This document shows positions 12,601-24,031 of a stretch of 39,250 nucleotides of DNA, in pieces (positions within the stretch are counted from its first letter, which is position 1; each line of letters opens with the position of its first letter). The notes beneath the pieces are model-generated. The model was not told the DNA's origin. It made no database searches and saw nothing but the letters and a program-made list of their open reading frames with translations. A program made the translations under genes and the position numbers. This DNA comes from Ministeria vibrans ATCC 50519. Taxonomy: Eukaryota; Protista; Filasterea. The DNA lies in assembly GCA_943704425.1 (NCBI GenBank), contig CALSCP010001243.1, positions 1-39,250 of the forward strand, given 5' to 3'.

Positions 12601-13491
12601 TGGGCATCACCGGCGAAAGCAAATGCGGCAAGACGACGCTGATGGAGCGAATGAGATGCGAGGGCCGCCATGGGCTCGTCCAGGGCAGCACGACGGAGAA
12701 CACGGTTGACGTGGCTGCGTACATGCTGCACATGGAACCAAGCGAAACTTGCAAGGGCGGCCCAGTCCGTGACTTCCTCTTTATCGACTTTCCTGGCTTT
12801 ACCGACCCCCGCGTAGAGATTGCGGGGGCACTGAACCACTTTGGCGGCATGCTCGACATGGCGATTGTGCTGACAAAGAGCACGGGTCCCGCGGACCAGA
12901 CGCGGCTCCAAGTGGCCGCGCTGCTCCGACGCAAGATTCCCATGCTCGTGTGCCACCACCGGGCCGACGAGATCTTACAGCGTCCCGCTGATGCGACGGG
13001 CCCTCCTCCCCGCCCCAGCTTTTCGCTCAGCAATCCAGAATCGTTTGCTGCGCCAGCGCAGTCCATTCGCTCCAAGGCGGATTTCGACGCCAAAATTGCC
13101 GCCAACCAGAGTCTCTTGCTTCCTCCAGGAGACGGACTCCGCGAGATCGCTGACATTTTTCTGATACAGAAGGTAGAAACACTAACCTTTCGATGGTCAC
13201 ACTCATCATACTATTCGATTATAGGCGACTGTCTTTGCAGGGACTGTGCCCACGAGTATTACCGAGACGGAATTTGCGACAATTTGCAGAGAGCGGGACA
13301 TTTGGGGAGTCGGCGATTTGCTGACTAAGTGGCTTGTGCCAGCACTGGGAGACTACGGCTTCATTGACGCAGAACGTGATGCGGTGCTCAGAGCTGAAGT
13401 GATGGGCATGAGCGCACGAGAGGCTGAGACTGCCGAGGGCGAGGGCGAGCCGGAGGGTGCACGACCGGCGCGTGAAGCCCCCACTGAGTGA
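9622..13491 (+). CDS. Lipase class 3 - helical/TM - P-loop GTPase fusion protein
   Basis: Exons 9622-10123, 10266-12487, 12552-13172, 13225-13491; all introns GT-AG and phase-consistent. Lipase motifs VHAGF, GHSLG, GSPLVGD, HKDDIVP; long Ala/Val/Gly hydrophobic segment; GTPase G1 GESKCGKTT, G3 DFPG, G4-like HRAD. Confidence 0.85.
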
Positions 13492-13492
13492 G

Positions 13493-13620
<128 letters not shown>

Positions 13621-14038
13621 NNNNNNNNNNNNNNNNNNNNNNNNNNNNNNNNNNNNNNNNNNNNNNNNNNNNNNNNNNNNNNNNNNNNNNNNNNNNNNNN
13701 NNNNNNNNNNNNNNNNNNNNNNNNNNNNNNNNNNNNNNNNNNNNNNNNNNNNNNNNNNNNNNNNNNNNNNNNNNNNNNNNNNNNNNNNNNNNNNNNNNNN
13801 NNNNNNNNNNNNNNNNNNNNNNNNNNNNNNNNNNNNNNNNNNNNNNNNNNNNNNNNNNNNNNNNNNNNNNNNNNNNNNNNNNNNNNNNNNNNNNNNNNNN
13901 NNNNNNNNNNNNNNNNNNNNNNNNNNNNNNNNNCTATTTTGAGTCTAAACACTCCTTCCCGAACGGTTCTGCCACTACCGAACGCCCGGCAATCCACACA
14001 GGCGTTTGCTGGGGAAGGAAGAAATGAATAAAACTGAA

Positions 14039-14766
14039 CCCTAGCCCTAACTCTAACCCTAACCCTAACCCTAACCGAGACATGAACTATACGATTGTAT
14101 TCAGACGTTTAACACATACTCAAGCAGCTTATGAGGCCCACCCAGGATACATCGCGCCCTCTCCTCTCTAATTCTCTACTCCCATTTCTCTCTCACTCTT
14201 ACAAGAGGGTCTGCAAGTTAAGACAAACATATTTCTCTCATTCCACCGCAACGCCAGTCTACTCATGACAGCCAACACCACACCACCCATCCCAAGGTGA
14301 ATACAACACGCAAGCCACAAACATAACCATCGCTGTAAGCTCGCACTCACACGACAGCATAACACCAATGCTAGCAGAGCACAACAAACGCCAAAGTCGC
14401 AGTCACACACATTCGCGTTACGTCTAGGGCAGCGCCAGTCTCATCACAAAGCAAACGACTATTCTCGTGACACACTGCGAACATTATCACCTAACCTTAA
14501 CCGAGACATGAACTTTACGATTGTATTCCGACGTTATTACACATACTCAAGCAGCTTATGAGGCCCACCCAGGATACATTGCGCCCTCTCCTCTCTAACT
14601 CTCTACTCCCATTTCTCTCTCACTCTTACAAGAGGGTCTACAAGTCAAGACAAACATATTTCTCTCATTCCACCTAACCTTAACCGAAACATGAACTTTA
14701 CGATTGTATTCAGACGTTTAACACATACTCAAGCAGCTTATGGGGTTAACCCTAACCCTAACCCTA
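14039..14766 (-). mobile_element. Tandem array of three progressively truncated copies of one non-coding element, each bounded by telomere-like repeats (possible telomere-targeted retroelement relics)
   Basis: Units 14077-14489, 14503-14672 and 14686-14742 all begin (+ strand) with gaRacatgaactWtacgattgtattc. Spacers: (CCCTAA)-like x6 at 14039-14076, cctaaccttaacc at 14490-14502 and 14673-14685, gggttaaccctaaccctaacccta at 14743-14766. The repeat structure is certain; the retroelement identity is inferred. Confidence 0.55.
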
Positions 14767-15539
14767 CACCCTCTGGACCTCCCTTCTTTTCTTTTGAAAC
14801 GTCTTCGTTACCCTTTTTTACTGCGCAAGGCTCATTTCCATCACTTGCACACGAGTAGAGCGCCACTTGCCACCCTTCTCGCCGCCCGCAGACGACGAGT
14901 TCCGCAATTTTCCCGCGGTCTCTTTACGGACTCTCCGCGAATCTTCTCTTGAAAGCCGCGGATTGCTCTTCCGGGGCTCTAGAGCCTCGTTTTTTCGCTC
15001 ACGAGTCACGACGTGCCTACCGACACTGTCATTGGCGGCATCCCTGCCGCCTATCTTGTTCGCGCTTCCTCGTGTCGTAAACCCCTTATCAGAAAACCCT
15101 TTCAAGTTCTTCAAGAGGTCTTTTCAAGTCGTCCCCTAAAGCTCCAACGGTATCCACTCCCTTCATCGCAAATGAGGCAAACCGTCCAGCGACAGACATT
15201 TACCTGGAGTCCTTTCGGCAGGGACTCTCCGCCCCGTCGTACACAACGTCGTTTTTCTTCTCGAAAGAATAGGGTTGGTGCCCGCGCCTCGCTCTTCTTG
15301 CACTACCACACTCCGGCGGAAGCCCCTCCACTGCAAGCTTTGAACCCCTACTTTGGGTGCTCTAAAGAATGAAAGGACTAAACGTCTTTTGTCAGTGTAA
15401 TTGTTATTCAACTTTTGAGAAGCCCATCTGAAGCAGACTGACCAAAGCTATCTATTCGAGACCTGATGATTCATTTTATTGAGAGAGAAAAAAGTGTTGG
15501 AAGCGCTGTTGGCTGGCAGATCTATGACTCTGCCGCAGG

Positions 15540-18500
15540 TTAGTTGGCATTGTCCTCATCGTCTACATACGTATACGTAGCACGTTCAGACACCTCGGAT
15601 GTTTTCGAGCATGCAGCGCTGGGACACGGCGAAGGCCCAAAAATGGCACTGGCTTCTTCGTGAGTGTTCAGAGTTTGCAACACCTCACGTGCCTTGTCGC
15701 GCTCTTCAACCTGCTTGGCATATCTGCTCTCAAGAAGCCCGTGCTGATCGCGCGTCTTCTGCACCCGTACATACGCCTTCGCACCGAGACCTGCAGCCTC
15801 AAACGTGGCAGAGTAGCCGGACAGGTCACGTGAAGACGTCATGCTCTCGGTCTTGGCAAACTCCTTTGCTAGCTTCCGCGCATTGCTGATGCTGCCTAGT
15901 CCTTTCATGACAAATGCATCGTCAGGGCCACGCAGAAACTCTTGCAGAGCAGGGTGGTTCAAGGTGCGAGCGCTGGGCATACACCACGAGAACACGGGAG
16001 GCGCACTGGGGGTGTCTTGCTCCAAGAGGTGTACAAGTCGTTCGTGCAGCAGGCAGAGCACACGGCGCTGAAGAAGGTAAAATTTCGATTTACCTTCTGA
16101 CATGACCGCGGAGATGGTGCGCCGTACGTCAGCTAGACTCTCTTGGGCGGCAGTTTTAGCTGCACTGATAGCTACGTCGTCGGCTCCGAGGCGCACCCCT
16201 AACGTAAGACGCGCTCGCACGTCTTCGACGACATCGGGACGCGAGAGAATGAGCTTCCCGCAGTCTTGTGCGATAATGGAGGCATGGTCTCCTTCACGCT
16301 CAAGCAGCTGGAACACAAAGTGCGTGGCGTCGCGTACGCTGAAGCCTTCGCTTTGTACGGCACATCGGACACGGTCAGCAATAGGACCAACGGGCCACTC
16401 GCCGGCAACGGCAACCTCGGTACATATCTGGCAAGCATTGTATGATACGAGCATCCTGCCGTCGTCCTCGGTCATGCTGTCCCACACACGCACAATGATG
16501 GCACGGATGCGCGCCACAGCTTTTGCATCGTCGCTTAGCGACAACACATCTTCCGCAAGTGCTTCCAAGAGAACAAGAGGCACGCGGTAGCCATACCGTG
16601 TGTTTTGTTGCTGCAGCACAACGAACTCAAGCATCGCATCCACAAGAGACGGCGGGTTCCAGTGCAGCTGAGAAAGTTGCTCGACAAAAATCTCAAGGTC
16701 GATCGCGCAGGCAAACACATCACCTCTGTCGTTCGACGTCTGTGTACCCACAATTAGGTACTCCCGAACAAACCGCTCGCAAAACGCCGCGTCTGTGGGA
16801 CCGTCGGAGAAAAACAGCGTGATCAATTTGTCGATGCTATCGGACGAGTTGACCACAGCCTCAGGAGAGCTAGTGACGGCGTCAAACAGCACGAGAGCAT
16901 CCCGTCGCTTTTTAGCATCATCTTTCCCAGCAGCAACCAGAGCCATGGCAGCATCCATGCTGGCTGCCATAAAAAATGGCACTACCTGCGTGCTCCTCAG
17001 CAGCACCAGCATAGCACGGTGATAGACGGTGTCCTTCGACGGGCCTGAATTGCCCATGTACTCCTCCTCGTTCCCGTCCTCGCCCACACCCCAAAAGTCC
17101 GCGTTGGCATCTCCTGGTGTTTTGATCAGCTCCGAGTCTATGACGGTCCCAAGACAGACCCCGCTTTCCGTGTACCACGTGCTCTCACGCGAAGTATCCA
17201 CAACTTCCCACGACGGACTCACTGCACCGCCACGTGCACACTTCTTAGGACGGCACCCTTTCGCCACAAGCATCCTAACCCCTCTCCCCGGATTTCCTGC
17301 CATCATGTCCACGCGTTTAAGGTTCACCAAAAACACCTGAACGTCGTCATCATCGTCCAAGCGCTTGCTGACGGCCTGCACAAACTTTAGCATTGCCCTT
17401 TCGCGTCCTTTCAGGCAAGACAATCCCTTCACTGCCGATAGTTCCGTGTACTGCAAATCAAAAAAGAAAAAGACAAAGAGGAACAACAAAGGTACAACAC
17501 AACATTGAGTACCAGTAATTTAGCACGAGAAATCTATTATGCTGGTGTGCTTACCTTGTGCTCCAGAGGCATGGCCAAGACTGGATGCTGGACGGAGTCC
17601 CACTCCTGCAACACAAGCACTGCCTGCTTGACCGCTTCGCCGTGCGACAGCGACGGAGCCGCCACACGGTCGCCGGTCCACACAATGTTGTACACAACGG
17701 CAAGGCGCTGTCCATTCGTCAGTGGCTCGACTTCGTGCTCGACGTCCGCGTAGTGAGCACAGTAGTTGCACCCAAAAGCGGCGGTGTCACCTGCGCCGAA
17801 CGTGTGCTTGTACGTCTTGCGTTGGTGGTAGGCAATGAGGGCGCCTCCGGTGCAGTTCGATGCAAGCTGGATTACCAGCGTTGCAAACATGCCGTCCTCT
17901 TTCTCGGTGTCTCGGTGGCGCAGGAAGAAGTCCCCTTCACGATAAAGTAGCAGTTTGTAGGGGTGTGCCTCGACGGACGTGCCAGCGCCAAGCTCAGCGG
18001 CGACAGTGCGAGCAAACGCAGCCACGGCGCTCTCCCACGCAGGGTTCTCAAAGCGGAAGTGGGCAGGATCGATGTCGCGTGACTTGCGGACTGTCTCGTC
18101 GTAGACAGTGGCAAGACCGCGGCCGTGCGGAGACGCCACACTGTTGGACACAAGAAACGCCAAAGTCTCGTCGTCCGTCAGCGGGAGCGGGATGCGACGT
18201 TCGTGCACCACCAGGCCCGGGTACCCCGGAAGCTGTGGCGCATGTCCTCCAACACAGACCTGCAGAGGGGGTGTTTTGTTTTGTTTTTTAATTTTGGGAA
18301 AATAATACGGAGTTGAGAGGGGATGATTTCACAATTTTGGAAAATGAATGCTTACTCTCCCAGCAGCCAGCAAGCCCGACCGCTCGAGGCAGGCATTCAG
18401 TGTGTTAATGGTCTCGTCGACGCCCGCGGAGCGCACAATGATTGCCTTGGTCTTCTTTGTCTTGGACCTCTTAAAAGCGGAGGCGATCGTCTCGTCCCAG

Positions 18501-18607
18501 CTAGCCGCCCGCTTTAGCGGGGCCGCCGGTGCCACGGCAGCAGCTGCAGACGAAGACGACGACGACGACGATGAAGCTTCCGCTGTACTTGTTTTGTGAC
18601 TGGCCAT
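15540..18607 (-). CDS. 2OG-Fe(II) oxygenase superfamily protein with long C-terminal helical region
   Basis: Exons 18607-18356, 18259-17555, 17450-15540 (GT-AG). YKLLLYREGDFFLRHRDTEK (HxD), ADVEHEVEPLTNGQRLAVVYNI (His, Arg), and LEHK/YTE...LKG across the splice junction. Confidence 0.85.
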
Positions 18608-19130
18608 TTCAGCTTCGCAAGAAAAGAAATAAATTATCTGAATTCTGAGTAGAAAAAAAGGAAGTGAAAAGTTTCAAAGATTTAATTATTCTAATTATTT
18701 TTTGTTTTCATTTTCGTGAAAAGTTTATTGTTACGAAATTGTTACAGAGAGACTTTAAACCCTTATTACATATGTCTTTAAAGATCTCATCCCGTTTGTC
18801 CTTTTTGGGGATGATGTGAGTGCGGCGAAATACATGGATGTACAAGTACTTGGGGAAGGTGCTTGGAAGGTACTTGTTCAAAAAGAGAATGATAAATTTG
18901 CCTATAGGCTGAGTACCGTCTGCCGAACGCTCGAATAATCCTGGTAACCAACTTCTATATAGACAAAGTATACGAGAAACGGCCTGACTCTGCGTATCCC
19001 CAGTATATCCATGCCAGCTAATCCTTCGATGATCGCTTTGTGTCAACAGGCTAATAGGGTGTTCGTTGTGTCCGCCGTATGGTGTGTGTGTTCAGATACA
19101 TAATAATAATAATAATAGTAATTCACTACT

Positions 19131-20715
19131 TTACAGAAAATACACAATGGGAACACCCACGGCACACACCAAGATGGTTGATGGGACTCCAATCCGCACA
19201 AAGTCAACAAACCGCAACTGATTGAGAGATTTCTCAGCCACAATCATGTTCGCAATCGAACCTGTGACGGTCAAATTTCCCCCTGCAGTCAAAAAAGAAA
19301 GAGAAGATTAGCAATTAATACTGTTGTTGCCTGACCAAAAACATAGATGTGTACCAACTGTAGCAGCAAAGGCAGTGATGTACCACTGAGGCCCACCGGG
19401 GACACTGCCGGGGAGACTGTCAAGCAGGGGGAGAAGTAGAATGATAAGGGGAACGTTGCTCATGAATTGAGACATGAGAATGACGACAGCAGAAAGGAAG
19501 TAACAACCAGAGAGCGAGTTCACATGTATAAGGGGGGAGATATGCTGCCAAATAGCAAGGGGTACGCCAGTGGACGAGAATGCCTGCATAATGACAAAAA
19601 GAGAGCTGAAGAAGACCAGCAGGGGCAAGTCTACTGCCTCTCCAAAAGCTATCGACACATCCCCGCCGTTCACAAACACATTGCTGATGAGCAATACAAA
19701 GGCTCCCGTCATGCTCGCCCAACCTCCATTGCACCCTGCAATTAGACTCACAAGAACGCCAACAATGACCATCACAACAATCAGTTGAAAGTAGGGAGAG
19801 GCATTCCTTTGATCGATCGCAGGACAATCGAGGCCACTCTCAGGTATTGTCTCGTCATGCTCTTGCAGTCTACTAGAGGGTACAACTGTGGACTCTGCAT
19901 CGAGTTCTGCCTCAATCAAAGGTAAAGAAGCGACAACAAGCAAGGGCCGGTTGTCTTCCAGAGCAAGCGAGAGTACATCCTCGAGTACCACAGCAGGCAG
20001 AGGCTCATTGACAGAGGCTGTGAAGGCGTTTGAACGTTTCCTTTGGGGTCTGAAGAAAAGCACAAGTAAGAGCAAGGTGTTAAGAACCAATCCAACACTC
20101 GCTGCGAGGCCACAGCGCAGGAGAAATTTCGAAAAGGTGACGTGCGTGAACGGAGAAGAGGCAATGATGGCATTTTGCGGATTCCCAACAAGCGTCATGG
20201 CAGACCCTATGTTGGCACTGGTGCTGAGAGTCTGAGGGAGAGCGAGGGGTGGGTTGGCACTTGTATCTCGTGAGGCTGTGGTTTCTCTGTACCAGAAGGA
20301 AGGGGACAGGTGAGACATTGCGTTCAGTGCACAACTCCATGACAAAGGGCGTCAGAATGATTGCCGCAGCGTCGTTGGTGATGATTGCTGAGAGGACAGC
20401 CGTCAGCAATGCGAGTCTCCACACAAGCGAGCCCCCTGAGGATTGCTGCAGAAGGCGCTTCAAGCGGAAGAAGAGTCCAGAGTCTCGAAGAAAATACCCT
20501 AGTATCATCGTGCCAGTCAGCAGCATCAGCGTGGGGAGCGAGATAGAGTCATAGGCTGCAGAGGAGGATATGATCTGCGTGGCTACTGCCAGGACGGCTC
20601 CAAGGAGAGCAAATCCAAGTCGTCCCAACCACAGTCGACGTGGAATGGATATTAAAATTATAGTACAAATAGCAATCATCGTCCCGCCTATTGCGCGGGG
20701 TATGTCTTCAATCAT
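19131..20715 (-). CDS. ArsB/NhaD-type anion permease, Lsi2 (silicon/arsenite efflux transporter)-like
   Basis: Exons 20715-20293, 20231-19355, 19282-19131. Motifs TNDAAAIILTP, SANIGSAMTLVGNPQN, MSNVP, TVGGNLTVTGSIANMIVAE. Confidence 0.88.
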
Positions 20716-21078
20716 GACCGAAAACGAGAAATGTTGAGAGAAAATTGAAGGACCTTTAGGGCAGAAGGGTCCAAGGAGATATATTCAAATAAACCCACTT
20801 TCTTTCTTCTAGGACGCTCCAACTGTTCAAGGATTCAGGAATCAGGATAGTCTGATATTTCTATGGATTTCATAACGGAAGCCTTTCGCATTGTATTTTT
20901 GTTTTACTTTTTGTCTTATTTGTTCTCAATGAGTCACACACTCACACTTACACAATGACAATTGACAAAATAATAGTTTCATTGATCACTAAATTCACTT
21001 AATTTCTCTCTTTTATCTCCGGATTCACCTTACTACAACACTACTGTCTACTAGTACTAGTACTTGACAATTGTTACC

Positions 21079-21299
21079 ATGTGCTTCCAAGTGAACTGTC
21101 AAACGTGCCACAAGACTACCTGGGGCGGTGCGAGATTTCTAATCACAACATCCCCTTGCTTGCTCTTTTCTCACTCTTTCCCTTTGTAGGCTGCGGTCGT
21201 CACATCGAGTCTACCTTGAGGTCGGTGTCACCCGACAAGCGCTGCTCTTGCGCTGCCGACAAACGAGCGCCGGAGTCGGGAGGATGTGGCGTGCAATAA
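21079..21299 (+). CDS. Small (52 aa) Cys/His-rich protein with C-terminal CaaX-like motif
   Basis: Exons 21079-21127 and 21190-21299 give MCFQVNCQTCHKTTWGGCGRHIESTLRSVSPDKRCSCAADKRAPESGGCGVQ*. Clean GT-AG intron; CxxCxKxTWxGCGxH pattern. Confidence 0.8.
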
Positions 21300-21718
21300 G
21301 TCCGTGTATGAATGCACACCTGTAAATTCCTTTGTAGCGAGATTAATGCGCAATCGTTGAGGATTTCGTGGTATATCCCATGTCACATAGTATACGTACT
21401 ACTTTTCAAAGTCAATCGGCATTTCCAACGTGCCCCTTGTCTGATTTCTGCTGTTTGTGACTTTTCGGGGTTTATTCGACATGTTCATGCCAAACCGCGC
21501 ATTTTCGCTTTCCTCCTGTCGCACTTGGGGAATAAGTCGCACACCACGCAAGTGGTGTAACAGCAAGTGCCAGCAACCTATTCGTCATTTGGCATTCGGC
21601 CATTGGCAGCAAACACTCCCCTGGCTTCAGGTGGGCTTCAGTCCATTTGATCGATTCGAAGACCGAGTGTTTAGCTAACCAGCATCAAAAATCAAAATTT
21701 TGTTGTACCTTGAACATA

Positions 21719-22627
21719 ATGCGACCCACACCGATCGTACCGTTCTCAGCAGCAGAAGAAGATGTGGTCTACGAGCCTGCAGAAGATACCTATCTGATGC
21801 TGGATTCGTTAGAGCATGATTCGGCGCAGTTGGGCGCTGCGCAAGTGTGCCTCGAAGTCGGCTGTGGCTCTGGTGTTTCGTTGACCTTTCTCGCCCAGAT
21901 TGTCGGCCGCCAGGCGCTGTACATGTAAGAGAAGCATGCTGTCTTGCCATTTCTCATACCAATGGGGGTTTTCAGAGCGACCGACCTCAACCCATTTGCC
22001 ACTCGACTGGCTCAACGAACGGCTGTATCCAACGGCGTCAGCGTCCACTGCATCGATACCAACTTGGTCAATGGGCTTTTGCCACGACTCACGCGTCAAG
22101 TATGAGAGTGAGGCCTTTGTTTCAATGCGTAATCTTACTGCTTCCGTTTTGTGCGCAGGTTGACGTGATTCTCTTCAACCCGCCGTACGTTGTGACTCCC
22201 GACACGGAAGTTGTCAGTTCGGATCTACTGACGCGTTCGTGGGCCGGCGGGAAAGACGGGCGGCTGGTACGTCACTCATTTTCCTTTGACTCTTAACTCC
22301 TCTCATCACTCCTGCGTGTTTTTTTTCTGCTTTATCCGTCATTCACAATAAAATAATTATTATCATAATAGGTCACTGATCGAGCACTTCCGTTGATTGC
22401 GGAACTTCTCTCTCCAACCGGCCGCTTTTATTTGCTTCTGCTGCGTGAGAACAAGATTCCCGACATCATCGACCGGTTGTGTAAGGAGGAGAGTGCAAGA
22501 AGGACTAGAGAGTGTGAATGAAGAAGTGGTTGTAGATGGACTGGGGCTGAGGGAAAATCGACTGGTGAAGGAGCGACGGGCGGGACCCGAACATCTGTCG
22601 GTGTACTGCTTCACGCGCGGCCCTTGA
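21719..22627 (+). CDS. N6AMT1: HemK2/MTQ2 eRF1 glutamine methyltransferase
   Basis: [43 protein letters not shown]. Five exons; last intron 22481-22535. Confidence 0.93.
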
Positions 22628-22731
22628 GCGGCGTGGCACACGAGCAGTGCAACGGACAACGGGAAACAGAATTATGTAATGGGGTGAGCTGTACCAGTAC
22701 AGGAGAAGTATATACAGTGTGTGAGTCAGAG

Positions 22732-23845
22732 TTAGGTATCCATCTCGAAGGTGGATGTGTTGGAGTGGGCCTGTGCAGCCGCGAGGGACTGGGCGCGGTC
22801 ACGGTAGTGCTGAGCGCGCACAGGGTCGGGTGGGACGCCATCGCCGCGGGCGAGCTGGATGCTTGCATTAACGCAGGCGTACGTGTGTCCCAGTGCACAC
22901 CCTTGCTCGGCAGCATGCAGTGCCTACGATGCATGTGTTGTCACAATAAGGCAACCGAAAAATATTGCTGCATTGTGTACCTTTGCAGTGTCGACGGGCA
23001 CTCCCTCGGCGCCTCTTCGATGCAGATCGGACAGATTGAAGCACGCCTTCAAGAGCAGTGTACACTGAGAGTCAGCGCGCTCCCTCTACCTCTATCACTT
23101 TGTGTCTATCCCCCTTATCACTTTCTGTTTTTTCTTTCCCCCCTCTTCTCTCTTCCCCCCTCTTCTCTCTTCCCCCCTTCGTACGTTTCCTAATCCACCA
23201 GTGCAGGCCCGTTCAAAGAGTGGAAGGGCTCGTTTTGCGTCGGCAGACACCTCCTTGCTGCCGCGCTTCCTACACAACGGAGATCACTCATCGTCGAATA
23301 TATTTGCATGCGTCACATCCGTACAACGCCATGGCAGCATTGTTGCAACCAGCCAGGCATTGCTGTTGGCAGCCCGCCAGAAAGAGATCAAGTGCTTCGC
23401 ATTGATCAGCGGGAATCCCTACTCGCCACAACAGAACTGTGAGGCCTTTTCTCCGTGGCTTTGCGCCGCCTACCGTCGCCGGTCATTTTCATAATGCCCA
23501 GGTTCACGCAGCTCTTGCCGATGCTGCGATCGCGGCAGTTTGTCTGGTAGATCTCGGCTGCTTTGGATGGGTTTTTCTCGACAACATGATAGTACTCGGC
23601 GAGCTGCTGGCACCCTGCGAACGACAATGAGCGGTGGTGGGTGGAAGAGAGCGGCTGCGCGCTGCAGACGCACTCCCACTAACCTGTCGACTTGTTCAAC
23701 TCGAAGCAGTCGACTTCGTACGCCTACGTGACAAGACGATGGAATCCATGAGCGGCGATGCCCATGCAATTCCAACTCGCACCTCACGAAGAGACCGGAA
23801 AAGCTCGTGGTCGGGATCTGATCCCATCCCAGAGCTTCGACTCAT
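22732..23845 (-). CDS. COA7: Cytochrome c oxidase assembly factor 7 (Sel1-repeat)
   Basis: Multi-exon: ...DCFELNKSTGCQQLAEYY...NC...SCVNLG...GCNNAA...RACTGG..ACFNLS...GCALGHTYACVNAS...GDGV, matching the COA7 Cys/SLR pattern. ATG at 23845, TAA at 22732. Confidence 0.85.
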
Positions 23846-24031
23846 TTCAACAACGCAGTGAGAAACCTTAATGTGTGAAACAAGAGTGAGTTGAAAGTTG
23901 AAACTGTGAGACAAACTGAAACTAAGTTGAATGAATCCTTTCTTATAATTCCTTGATTTTCTATTTTTCCTTACTTATTTTGTCTTTGGACACTTGCAAT
24001 CAATTACCAAGTTATCTGACTTCGCCACGCG

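Noticed and set aside
11687-13156. 489-aa minus-strand ORF (likewise 31765-33255 - and 26115-27029 +)
   Set aside because: Antisense shadows of GC-rich real genes, with no motifs of their own.
14077-14742. CRISPR-like or spliced-leader array interpretation of the repeats
   Set aside because: Units are long nested truncations without unique spacers, and no clear SL donor plus Sm-site arrangement was found.
18765-18940. KYMDVQVLGEGAWKV, a kinase Gly-loop-like peptide; also atgatg...ctga as a possible C/D snoRNA
   Set aside because: No further kinase motifs follow; box C is imperfect and there is no terminal stem.
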